Source: Tubiluchus corallicola (lineage: Eukaryota > Animalia > Priapulida). Taken from it: a stretch of DNA of 64,000 nt. A model generated the notes under the pieces. That model did no database searches, was not told the origin of the DNA, and saw only the letters and a list, made by a program, of their open reading frames with translations. Position 1 is the first letter of the stretch. Each line of letters begins with the position of its first letter. Below are positions 52,801 to 63,500 of this stretch, one piece after another. Both the position numbers and the translations under genes were made by a program. The stretch lies in NCBI GenBank assembly GCA_030141605.1, contig JAQGDQ010000866.1, positions 22,700 to 86,699 on the forward strand, read 5' to 3'.

Positions 52801-53712
52801 TTCTCATTATGTCAGACTTCATGGGATTGGTGAGTTTATAGTAAAGTAATGTCTCTTCTTATTGGTTCTCATTATGTCAGACTTCATGGGATTGGTGAGT
52901 TTATAGTAAAGTAATGTCTCTTCTTACTGGTTCTCATTATGTCAGACTTCATGGGATTGGTGAATCTACAGTAAAGTAATGTCTCTTCTTATTGGTTCTC
53001 ATTATGTCAGACTTCATGTGATTGGTGAGTCTATAGTAAAGTAATGTTGAAAATACTCAATGTAAGCAAACTTTGCCCAATAATTTTTGCTAAGAAAGTC
53101 TAAAAACACACATTTTGTCCTTCAAACATTATCATGAAGCCAATAAAGTTAGACGATGCAGTTCGTCACAAACGAGCACACTGACAGGTACAGCACCTGT
53201 TTTTTGTGCAACGCGTTTCCGAAATACAGGCACTAGTACGCGTCTAACTAGTAAATGGTGAAATGCATGTAACAGCAAAAAACTAGTGGCGCGAACACGA
53301 AATTGTGTTGTGTGGTAATAATTCTTTCATGCAAGTCATTTCTTAAAAAAATAATATTTCCTTTCACTATTTTAAAAAGTAGATTGTTTTGACGTACAGT
53401 TTAAGATTAGGTCTGGTTTTGCTTTAAGTACAATTTTCAGTTTCCAGAAGGCCAAACTGAATAAAATTAATGTGGGGGGGGGGGGCGGTAGTTATATACA
53501 AAGTTGCAGGATGAATCCTGTTTTAATTCTTTTTTCTTCTTTTTCAGCACTTTTTCTTCATGGTACAAGATTCTGGAAGTTGGTTGGATATTGGAACTAG
53601 CATAAGTCACTATGTGATAGCACTGACAACAAATATATTTATAGCTTTACTTTACTGCATAGCAAAAATACTCACCAGTTGGCATATCAGTCTAAGTGAA
53701 AAGTTAGACTAG
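26409..53712 (+). CDS. PIGN: GPI ethanolamine phosphate transferase 1 (PIG-N/Mcd4), spliced; N-terminal exon(s) not found
   Basis: Phase-consistent exons: 26409-26530, 27666-27764, 29896-30002, 30630-30754, 35502-35632, 36193-36888, 38105-38177, 40870-40972, 42673-42765, 44042-44133, 44805-44855, 46604-46667, 47131-47239, 47927-48029, 48886-48976, 49440-49591, 51342-51417, 52583-52699, 53548-53712 (TAG). Motifs [117 protein letters not shown] near 53753. Confidence 0.95.
27205..27592. repeat. Long imperfect inverted repeat (foldback element)
   Basis: About 27205-27340 is the reverse complement of about 27458-27592 (ACTGTTCATTATCAAG / CTTGATAATGAACAGT; AATTTAGAAACAACAT / ATGTTGTTTCTAAATT; AATTCAGTAGTTAATA / TATTAACTACTGAATT). 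Confidence 0.8.
27816..28260. repeat. 69-bp minisatellite, about 6.5 copies
   Basis: Unit TTAACTTCTTCAGGACTGTAAGTGTTTGCTGTGTGTTAGTAAAAAAATAAATACAGTAACATCCCAAAC; starts about 50 bp after donor 27764. Confidence 0.95.
30020..30522. mobile_element. Harbinger-like MITE copy with a triplicated 89-bp internal segment
   Basis: Same family as 35711-36101; segments start near 30020, 30109, 30198; ends AACTGTGAAAAGG. Confidence 0.65.
30923..31876. repeat. Interrupted (CA)n satellite with 200-bp higher-order period
   Basis: CA runs broken by CTA, CAA, CAGAA; identical - strand ORFs recur at 31047, 31247, 31447. Confidence 0.95.
32330..33022 (-). mobile_element. Degenerate LINE 3' fragment
   Basis: - strand peptide [28 protein letters not shown]...VK..LFNS resembles the post-RT region of non-LTR retrotransposons; A-rich tail with AATAAA toward 32330. 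Confidence 0.65.
33071..33779. mobile_element. pogo/Tigger-like MITE with an unrelated GC-richer insert (about 33280-33630)
   Basis: TA|CAGTAGGCACCACTTAATAGACTCAC ... GTGAGTCTAATAAACTGTGCTTTACTG|TA; same family as 8452-9381 in the opposite orientation. Confidence 0.7.
33924..34965. repeat. 54-bp minisatellite, about 19 copies
   Basis: Unit GTGTAATTGTGTTCTTGWTAACGTGGTATAGGTTTTTTGTAGCGCTGTATATGT. Confidence 0.95.
35711..36101. mobile_element. PIF/Harbinger-like MITE (about 390-400 bp family)
   Basis: TIR (A)GCCTTTTC(A/G)CAGTT ... AACTGTGAAAAG(G/A)CT, TAA/TTA-like flanks, inner inverted GGTCAAAGGTTAAGTGTA; superfamily assignment is inference. Confidence 0.7.
36998..37594. mobile_element. Same MITE family, inverted relative to 35711-36101, left half duplicated
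   Basis: TAAGCCTTTTCACAGTTTC start, restart near 37213, end AAACTTTGAAAAGGCT. Further copies at 46750-46940, 56527-56995, 57063-57454. Confidence 0.7.
38225..38843. repeat. 88-bp minisatellite, 7 copies
   Basis: Unit TTTGTTTGCTATTAAAGGAAAACAGTACATAATTTTAAACTATAGCTCAAAATAATCTAAGGCATAAAATATTGAAACCGAACTTGTA; starts 48 bp after donor 38177. Confidence 0.95.
38858..39283. mobile_element. hAT-like MITE with 8-bp TSD CTACTTAT
   Basis: CTACTTAT at 38850-38857 and 39284-39291; degenerate TIR TAGGGGCGTA..; related fragment at about 37685-37860. Confidence 0.75.
41135..42325. mobile_element. Outer hAT-like element containing a nested hAT MITE
   Basis: Flanks CCAGAACT / ACAGAACT (7/8 TSD); ends CAATGCCGGCTCTA ... 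TAGAGCTGCCCCTG. Confidence 0.6.
41609..42122. mobile_element. hAT MITE with perfect 8-bp TSD AATTAACT (truncated second copy at about 43482-43980)
   Basis: AATTAACT|CGGGGATGAGAA ... TTCTCATCTCTG|AATTAACT; a similar copy of about 500 bp ends ATTCTCATCCCTG at 43980. Confidence 0.85.
45195..46540. repeat. 53-55-bp minisatellite, about 25 copies
   Basis: Unit AAACTTTGTGTATGCATTTGGGTGCTGGTTTGT(T)nCTAAACAAAATGAA; ends about 60 bp before acceptor 46604. Confidence 0.95.
47324..47880. mobile_element. Kolobok-like MITE (inverted copy at about 62842-63430)
   Basis: TTAA|AGGAAAGAACAA ... TTGACTTTTCCT|TTAA; reverse-complement similarity to 62838 onward (TCTAGGAGGTTAG, CAATGACGTCATTCGTCTTGAAGAAAA). Confidence 0.7.
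48100..48722. repeat. Degenerate 7/14-bp satellite (TCATGGT TCACGGG)
   Basis: Fills most of the intron 48030-48885. Confidence 0.92.
49939..50567. repeat. CpG-rich 37-bp minisatellite, about 17 copies
   Basis: Unit GAGTACGGGAAAACACCCGTTACGGGATGCCGTCGCC. Confidence 0.95.
51242..51362 (+). repeat. 61-bp tandem duplication spanning the PIGN acceptor at 51341/51342
   Basis: GTGATTCCTATTCATAATGTACTGTGTATTTATTTACAG|TTTTGATCCTGCATCTGTTTA occurs twice. Confidence 0.93.
51586..52376. repeat. 30/31-bp minisatellite, about 26 copies
   Basis: Core CCCAATGTCCACAACA followed by CACATAACAGCCTG or GATGTAAACAGGCTG. Confidence 0.95.
52656..53047 (+). repeat. 65-bp x6 array spanning the PIGN donor at 52699/52700
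   Basis: GTCTCTTCTTATTGGTTCTCATTATGTCAGACTTCATGGGATTG|GTGAGTYTATAGTAAAGTAAT; 44 bp of each unit are coding-exon sequence. Confidence 0.95.
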
Positions 53713-53829
53713 AATGTGAACTTGTTAAACATTAGGTAAGAACTTTCATGTAAATAAATTAAAGAAAGCGAGTTTGCAATGTACTGTTCTCATATACAGT
53801 AAATACACATACACATATACAGTCATATA

Positions 53830-54411
53830 CAGTAAGTATGCATGACTCGAACATCTCGGGACCGGAAATTTTGTTCAACTTATGCGAGGGTTCAAGTTAG
53901 ACAATGTTTGTAAGAAAACAAGACTGAGTCACTCATCAACGTGGGACAGTACACTAGTAACACTACAGCCTGTGAAAATGACAAACTGAGCATTTAATCA
54001 AATATTAAACATGTTTTATGAATAATCAAAAATAAAATGACTGGTCCACCTCTATTGTAGTCTCAGTAGCATGGTTAATAGAATTCGGCAATAATACTGT
54101 GATCTACATTAAGCCACGTTTGTTAAGCCATGCTGTGTTTAGTGTTCTGCTAAGGTAATACAAGAAATCTTAGCATTTTTGAAGAAACTAGTAGTTAAAA
54201 TTGTAACGTGGTGCACACTTTCACATAGGATTTCTCATTTGGGAAGTTGTTTGAGATAGGTGGGGTAATTTCAGTCAGATTCTTATAAATTGTACCGGGA
54301 ATTCAGTTTGAGTTACACGACGTTTCTTAAAGGGAAAATTCGTTCCAGGAGCTCTGTCCGAGACACTCATGAATTTGAGTCATACCGGTTCAAGTTATAC
54401 ATTGTTTACTG
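53830..54411. mobile_element. pogo/Tigger-like MITE
   Basis: TA|CAGTAAGTATGCATGACTCGAAC ... GTTCAAGTTATACATTGTTTACTG|TA. Confidence 0.65.
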
Positions 54412-54489
54412 TAAATTAAAGAAATAGGTTAAACTTTCACAGAAATCAACTTAAATAAATTAGAGAAATTGTGTTTATATCATCGTGTT

Positions 54490-54800
54490 GATGTGAGGCT
54501 GAATGTTTTAAAACTCACATCATTAGAAGATCGTAGAATCATTGAAGTCATTAAATTCGTTCAAGGTTATAATGTCTATTATAAAACAATGTTCATCGTT
54601 CAAGGTTATAATAATGTCTATAATAAAACAATGTTCATTGTTCAAGGTTATAATAATGTCAATCAATGTTCAAAGCAAGAACCTCTCCTGGCTTACTAGG
54701 ACGTTGTTTTACTTTTGAAATTAATAGGACACATTATAATCTAAGAAAGTTGTTTTTAGTAAAAGAACTGTTTGTCTGTGGAACAGCTTACCTGAGTGTA
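54490..54800 (+). mobile_element. CR1/L2-clade LINE 3' fragment
   Basis: Degenerate peptides RL..LKLTSLEDRR..IEVIKF and NLRK.F.SKRTVCLWNSLPE, typical of the CR1-like ORF2 C-terminus. Confidence 0.6.
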
Positions 54801-56526
54801 TAGTATTATATATGGTGCTGCCATCTCTTAGCGGATAAAACGGACAAAGTTTGCTATTTGCCAATGGTGTTAGCCCCCAGTACAAATGCTTTTTAGGAAA
54901 AAATACGACAGACACTATCATAATTTGATATCATCAACAGTGACTGTAGTAATTAATTTTAAATATTTTTACAATTGTGCGCTTTTTATCTATTGAGTTT
55001 ACACTTTTCTCACATAATAAAACGTATGTTTGATGTGTACATATATATATATGTGTACAGCTCTTATATATTTAAGCTATTATGTTTCAAACCTGTTGTA
55101 AATGTAACACAAAGCAAATACATTGGAGGAAAGTGAATGAAGAGAAGTCATTGTTTATTTGAAGAGATGTCATTGTTTATTTGAAGAGAAGTCATTGTTT
55201 ATTATCACATTAAAATCTCTGTTTACAGCAGAACACATTGAAACATTTTAATACGCAAGTCAAAGACAGTGATTCTTTATAAACTCCATGTTTATCACTT
55301 TTGCGACCAACTAAATACAGATTATATTTCTCACACGCAAACAATTCAAAAAACTATTTGGCGATAGGAAAAACTGCCTTAATGCACGAAAGCGTATCGA
55401 CTGTGTGTGGAATGCGTAACATTACGCGCTTAAGAAATCTGATCAATTCAACACACGAGTTCTATAAAGATTAGGGGTAGTAAGTGGGTGGTGCCCTAGT
55501 CTACTAGTAGAGCCAGTCTGTAAAGATTAGGAGTGGACCCATGAATTAGTGGTAAAACTGAAGAACCACGACATTGTCAAGTCACGTACACCACACACAT
55601 CAGACTAAAACTCAAAATACCTGCTGTTACATTAATTAACACATTAATAGAGCAAATTCAATGTTACAGGCTTAAAATGTTATGACTACCTACGTTAAGT
55701 TGTGACAAGAGTGCCAAATGTTATGACTATGCACATTATGTTGTGACAATAGAGTGCAAAATGTTATGACTACGCACATTATGTTGTGACAATAAAGTGC
55801 AAACTTTAGTAAAGTCAAACACACACCTGGGTAACACGAACACCTGTATGTAATGCCAGAATGCATTGCTATGTATGAAAACATTGTAACACAGAGAAGC
55901 GTTACTCAAGTAAATACAGGTAAATGAACGACATAAACAAGAATCGTTTAAAAACAAAGTAGTTCACATTTAAAGAATAGCCAAAAAACTAGTTAGATAT
56001 ATGAAGTATTTGCATCAACAAACACGAATAATCATGAGAGCAGTCGTAAGCAAAAACAATGTATAAATGTGATTAATCTGCAAAAGGGTAAGTGAAATCA
56101 CACAAATGAAGTCGTAAATTTAACAACCAGTCGAAAAAGAAAACACAAGTTTACTTAAACTTCTCAGATACTCGGATTTAATGCGATAAAAACTCTAGTG
56201 CCTTTTCTCAGTAGAATAAACGTAAATACGAACGTTATGCGGCACGAAACTACAATTTCAGCAACTTAGCAATGATTTTACTAACTAAAAGCAAAATGAT
56301 AGTCTGTATTAACAATTAAAATTCAATTAAGAAATTACAAAGTAGCCGATACGGTCGTCACGGAAACACTTCTGAACATTTGACACTAAACAAACAAGAT
56401 TAATGTCGCCGACGACGGCTTTTACTTCTACTACGATTTTCTCTGCTTCGCTCACGGTGCTTTTCCTAAAGTAACGAAATTCAACTTTATTAGTTTGGAT
56501 GTCATTGGATACAAAGTGGATAACAA

Positions 56527-57454
56527 ACCTTTCCACAGTTGCTGTAGGTCAAAGGTCAAGTGTACCACGGCAGCGCGTTTCAACTACAACCATTACGTGA
56601 CGTGTGGATAAAGCAAAGCCGTCTGCTGCATCAGTTCAGCAAACTTCAGTTGTTTTAGGTGGACTTTACTTATTTATGCATTAGTCTGTGCATAGAGTGA
56701 TTTGCTAGCAGGATCTTGCTTGGGAACAAGAAAAAATGAACTAGGTAAGGTCTTAGCTAGCTGTTTAAACTGTTACCTTTCCAACAGCTTGGGCTGCAGG
56801 GTGTTGTCAAGTGTACACAAATGCGTTATCTGGCACAATTAATCTTTGCAAGTGTACACAAATGCATTATCTGGTACAATTAACCTTTGATCTTTTCACA
56901 GTTTCATTGTACGCACGTGCAGTTGCTGTAGGTCAAAGGTTAAATGTACCAGAGCAATGTGTCTTAACTACAACCGTCCCATGACATGTGGGTCTTTAAT
57001 GAGTCACTGCACTTATTCTTATACATAAAGATACATTGGTTAGATAAATTTGATTCAAAATAAACCTTTTCACAGTTCCAGTGATTGATGATGATCGTGA
57101 AAAGGTCAAAGGTTAAATGTACCAGACAACGCATTTGTGTACACTTGACAAGGCCTCACAGCCCACGCTGTTGTAATACTAACAGTTTTAACACCAAGAA
57201 CCTTACCTAGTTTCATTCTTTCTTGTTTCCAAGCAAAATCCCACTAGTAAATCACTCTACACCTACATAATTAAGTTAAACAACTGAAGTTACTGAAGCG
57301 ATGCTTTGCTTTAGCCACAGACTTGCTGGAATGCAGATGGCTTTGCTTTACCCACACGTCACATGATGATTGTAGTTGTGTTGCTGTGATACACTTCAAT
57401 TAACCACTGATCTACAGCAACTAGGCGTGTGCACAATGAAACTGTGAAAAGGCT
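56527..57454. mobile_element. Cluster of Harbinger-like MITE copies in opposite orientations
   Basis: Forward pieces 56527-56995, reverse copy 57063-57454 ending AAACTGTGAAAAGGC|TTA. Confidence 0.7.
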
Positions 57455-57527
57455 TATTGCAAAGAATGCTTATCAAAAAAAATTGAATTTTCCAAGTAAA
57501 TTACACAATTGTGTCTTTAATTTTGTC

Positions 57528-60500
57528 TTACAGCAACATGTCTACTGCAGATTTTGTAAAATATTGACTCTGTTCTATGGTTCTTTCCACAAACTCCTGA
57601 ACAAATTCTACTCTCCATTACTTAATCATTATTCTACTCTCCATTACTTAATCATTATTCTACTCTCCATTACTTAACCATTATTCTACTCTCCATTACT
57701 TAATCATTATTCTACTCTCCATTACTTAATCATTATTCTACTCTCCATTACTTAATCATTATTCTACTCTCCATTACTTAACCATTATTCTACTCTCCAT
57801 TACTTAATCATTATTCTACTCTCCATTACTTAATCATTATTCTACTCTCCATTACTTAATCATTATTCTACTCTCCATTACCTAATCATTATTCTACTCT
57901 CCATTACTTAACCATTATTCTACTCTCCATTACTTAATCATTATTCTACTCTCCATTACTTAATCATTATTCTACTCTCCATTACTTAATCATTATTCTA
58001 CTCCCCATTACTTAATCATTATTCTACTCTCCATTACTTAATCATTATTCTACTCTCCATTACTTAATCATTATTCTACTCTCCATTACCTAATCATTAT
58101 TCTACTCTCCATTACTTAACCATTATTCTACTCTCCATTACTTAATCATTATTCTACTCTCCATTACTTAATCATTATTCTACTCTCCATTACTTAATCA
58201 TTATTCTACTCTCCATTACTTAATCATTATTCTACTCTCCATTACTTAATCATTATTCTACTCTCCATTACTTAATCATTATTCTACTCTCCATTACTTA
58301 ATCATTATTCTACTCTCCATTACTTAATCATTATTCTACTCTCCATTACCTAATCATTATTCTACTCTCCATTACCTAATCATTATTCTACTCTCCATTA
58401 CTTAATCATTATTCTACTCTCCATTACATAATCATTATTCTACTCTCCATTACCTAATCATTATTCTACTCTCCATTACTTAATCATTATTCTACTCTCC
58501 ATTACTTAATCATTATTCTACTCTCCATTACTTAATCATTATTCTACTCTCCATTACTTAATCATTATTCTACTCTCCATTACTTAACCATTATTCTACT
58601 CTCCATTACTTAATCATTATTCTACTCTCCATTACTTAATCATTATTCTACTCTCCATTACTTAACCATTATTCTACTCTCCATTACTTAATCATTATTC
58701 TACTCTCCATTACTTAATCATTATTCTACTCTCCATTACTTAATCATTATTCTACTCTCCATTACTTAATCATTATTCTACCACTACTTAATCATTATTC
58801 TACTCTCCATTACTTAATCATTATTCTACTCTCCATTACCTAATCATTATTCTACTCTCCATTACCTAATCATTATTCTACTCTCCATTACTTAATCATT
58901 ATTCTACTCTCCATTACTTAATCATTATTCTACTCTCCATTACTTAATCATTATTCTACTCTCCATTACTTAATCATTATTCTACTCTCCATTACATAAT
59001 CATTATTCTACTCTCCATTACTTAATCGTTATTCTACTCTCCATTACTTAATCGTTATTCTACTCTCCATTACTTAATCATTATTCTACTCTCCATTACT
59101 TAATCATTATTCTACTCTCCATTACTTAATCATTATCATTAATTATTAATTACTTGGAATGCAAAATCTTACTTCTCGTTCCTTCTGCACCGCCTCAGCT
59201 TCTTCCTTCTCTTTCTTGGCGATGAGACGCCTTCGCCGTTCTCGCTCCTCCATACGCTGAGCTCTTTCCTTCTCTTTTTGTGCAAACTAGAGGAAATGGG
59301 ATTTGACTCACAAACGTGGCAATTAAACATTCATATATTTTACACTTACAAATACGAAATGTTCGTGATTCAGCGTTTTTATCAGGGATGTTACTGAAAC
59401 TGAAGTTACAAACAGAAACTGAACGGAAATCATTTTTGCAAAACCAACTACTACCAAAAGTGGAAAAAAATCAGAAATAAATTAAATACTTTGTTTTCAC
59501 TGTTTTCCTTTTATTTGCTCTGATACAAGCTTGATGAAGTAGCTAAGAGAAAAAATTTAACCAAATTAATTCTATATTAATCACCTGTTCTTCAGTCAGT
59601 GGTAAACAGGAAACAACCAAACTGACCAATGAAGCTGACCATGCTATCCACTCACCTGTTCTTCAGTCAGTGGTAACCAGTAAACAACCAAACTGACCAA
59701 TGAAGCTGACCATGCTATCCACTCACCTGTTCTTCAGTCAGTGGTAACCAGTAAACAACCAAGCTGACCAATGAAACTGACCATGCTATCCACTCACCTG
59801 TTCTTCAGTCAGTGATAACCAGTAAACAACCAAGCTGACCAATGAAGCTGACCATGCTATCCACTCACCTGTTCTTCAGTCAGTGGTAACCAGTAAACAA
59901 CCAAGCTGACCAATGAAACTGACCATGCTATCCACTCACCTGTTCTTCAGTCAGTGATAACCAGTAAACAACCAAGCTGACCAATGAAACTGACCATGCT
60001 ATCCACTCACCTGTTCTTCAGTCAGTGGTAACCAGTAAACAACCAAGCTGACCAATGAAGCTGACCGTGCTTTCCACTCACCTGTTCTTCAGTCAGTGGT
60101 AACCAGTAAACAACCAAGCTGACCAATGAAGCTGACCATGCTATCCACTCACCTGTTCTTCAGTCAGTGGTAACCAGTAAACAACCAAGCTGACCAATGA
60201 AGCTGACCATGCTATCCACTCACCTGTTCTTCAGTCAGTGATAACCAGTAAACAACCAAGCTGACCAATGAAGCTGACCGTGCTTTCCACTCACCTGTTC
60301 TTCAGTCAGTGGTAACCAGTACACAATCAAGCTGACCAATGAAACTGACCAAGCTTTCCACTCACCTGTTCTTCAGTCAGTGATAACCAGTAAACAACCA
60401 AGCTGACCAATGAAGCTGACCGTGCTCCCCACTCACCTGTTGTTCAGTCAGTAGTAACCAGTAAACAACCAAGCTGACCAATGAAGCTGACCACTCACCT

Positions 60501-63500
60501 GTTCTTCAGTCAGTGGTAACCAGTAAATACACGGAGTGGTTTTCGTCTTTCGAAATAAGTCATCTAACAGTTTGGCTGGAGCCTCTTCTTTCTTTTTCTC
60601 TAAAAAAATGTATCGTGAAAGACTATAATGTGAGCTAGTCAGACAGTTTATTGAGTGACTGGCAGTGAGTTACTGAATGTGACCTAGTCAGACAGTTTAT
60701 TGAGTGACTGGCAGTGAGTTACTGAATGTGAGCTAGTCAGACAGTTTATTGAGTGACTGGCAGTGAGTTACTGAATGTGAGCTAGTCAGACAGTTTATTG
60801 AGTGACTGGCAGTGAGTTACTGAATGTGAGCTAGTCAGACCGTTTATTGAGTGACTGGCAGTGAGTTACTGAATGTGAGCTAGTCAAGAGAGTTTACTGA
60901 GTGACTGGCAGTGAGTTACTGAGTGTCAGCTAGTCAAGAGAGTTTATTGAGTGACTGGCAGTGAGTTACTGAATGTGAGCTAGTCAAGAGAGTTTATTAA
61001 GTGACTGGCAGTGAGTTACTGAATGTGAGCTAGTCAAGAGAGTTTACTGAGTGACTGGCAGTGAGTTACTGAGTGTCAGCTAGTCAAGAGAGTTTATTAA
61101 GTGACTGCCCAAAACCTACTGGCTCTGTGCGGGTTTTTTTCATTATATTTCTTTAATAGCCAACGCTTCACAAAACCAGGAAGCTTAACTAGGTGACATT
61201 CATAAGGTACCGCTTGGTACAAGCAATCACTAAGTCAATGTCCTAGTGGTGATAATTTGTACAAAATAAGAAGCAGGAAATACTTCAGAAAAAAAGAAAA
61301 ATAACGCTATAACAACTTAAAAATAAAGCATTGCAGGATATTACATTAACAAATATGAATTACACTCTGTAATCTCACTAATTTCTAATTAATCAAACTA
61401 CTAAAATACTGAATATTCACTAATTACAGCGGTGTCATCTTTTTGTATCCTACATATATCTCTACACTTAACTGAAATATGTTAATATTTTGATAACACG
61501 TAACAATAACGTTTAAAAACATGTTTCTGTGCGTGCGTGCGAGTCATACAAAAGGCAATACCTTTCTTATCTCTTCCCTCCCTACTTCGCTCTCTCATTC
61601 TCCGCTCCCTGCTCTCTTGTCGTGAATGTCGTCTTTCCCTTCTCCTCTCCACAGGAGATCTTGATTTCTGTCTGTTTCTGAAATTAATCACCTCAAATAA
61701 ATGCCATTCAAAATAAAAAATATGTGAACTTGCATAGCAAAATCATCCATAGGTCAGCAGTTAAGCTTTTCTAGTTATTCACGTGTCCTGAATCTCCATT
61801 TCACAAGGATCATTTTGATACCAAGTTCATCACTCTATGTTGTTTCTAAGCTGAGATAATCCACATTGAATTTGAGGTACAGGCTACGCATTGAAAAACA
61901 TAATCTTGAGAAAATCACTGTTAAAGTCAGCCATTGTTTTTTGTCGTGTTTCTACAAAATTGCAGTTTTAGTTTCTAGCCAGAAAATTGGATACGAGGTT
62001 ATGAAATTAAATTTTTAGTACTTTTTAAACAATTTTTTCTGATAATTTCTGCTACAATGTAAAAGCCCAATATATTTAGCATTTGTTTTTATAAAGAAAA
62101 ATACTTTGACTAGATTTATGATACATTTCACTTTGAAGCATCATAACGTAGTTCTAACTATGCCGATTTGAGGATGGTTTTGGCTCACAAATAGCAAGAA
62201 ACATTTTGATGAATTAAATTTCGATAAGTTTTGGTAATTAACATTCTTGCTACGTTAACTTAACGATTAGAGCTTTTGATTAAATGTTATAATTACCTGG
62301 AATACTCCGGCGGAGAACGTCCAGGAATTTTATCTAGATCCCATTCTCGGATCTCTACGGGAGAAGTTGCTTTTTTTCTACTCGGCTGTTCAGATGTTCG
62401 TTGTTTTTTATCCTTCTCCTTGTCTGCTGCCTTTCCTTCTACCAACCTCTTCCGTCTCTTTTCCTCCTGTGAAAAGTTAAAGATTAAAATTTTAAAGAAG
62501 AAAAATAAAACGTAGTGTGAAAAAACTGTTCCGGAACAAACTACCATTGTTCGTGTTCTACTTTAATTATTCGTTGAAAAAGTGTCAGAAATGATTGTCC
62601 TATGATTCTTCATTAGAACGTAAGCGGAAATTTTTGTCCCAGTATCAAAAAAAATTCCTAAATATTTCAACAACTGAATTTTATATTGATAAGATTTAAA
62701 AAGCTTGCAACGTATTTTGTACATAAGAACGTATTCTTTATAAACATACTAAACTAAACTTTACATTACTTTAAACAAAACAAAGAAATTATGAAAGTTT
62801 TGTGTTCATAACAATCTAAAGCTTGAACATTGGGATCTTAAAGGAAAGATCAACTATTCTAGGAGGTTAGAGTTACTTCAACGTTCGCAAAAAATGTTAG
62901 AAGGATTTAGTAATAAAACTGCAATAAACGACTCGTGTAATTAGTAAAATCACTTTAAAGTCGCGATCACTTCATGCTTGGATGCTCCCATTTTCTTCCA
63001 ATGACGTCATTCTTCTTCTTCCAATGACGTCATTCGTCTTGAAGAAAACTAGCGCACTGTCAATCTTCGTCAAAAGCGTAATGAGTTTTTACAAAAAAAA
63101 ATCTAATATTGTAATGTTTTTGTGTGAATATTAGGTAAGCGGCAGAAGTTTGAATAAGTTTACGCTCGAAAGCGTCCATCGCCATATTTCATGTCTTTGC
63201 CATGAGCGAGCGAGAATGACGTACAAGGTAGAGAAAGCGCCTCTGGTTATGGATGTCTATTTATTGATCTTTGGTGACCTCGTGAGAGTACTCATTACGT
63301 CATTCGTGTTGCACAATGAAAAATGGCGCTTCTTCAAATTTAATTTCGCTAACAACAAAGTGATAAAAACAAAAGAAACAAGTTTTACAGCAAGTTTATA
63401 ATAAAATAAATCGAACATTCGTACTGAGAGTAGGATTTTGAGTTGTGAAAGTTTATATTATAATGAGGGTTTAGTTTGACTTTTAACTTTGGCGTATCTG

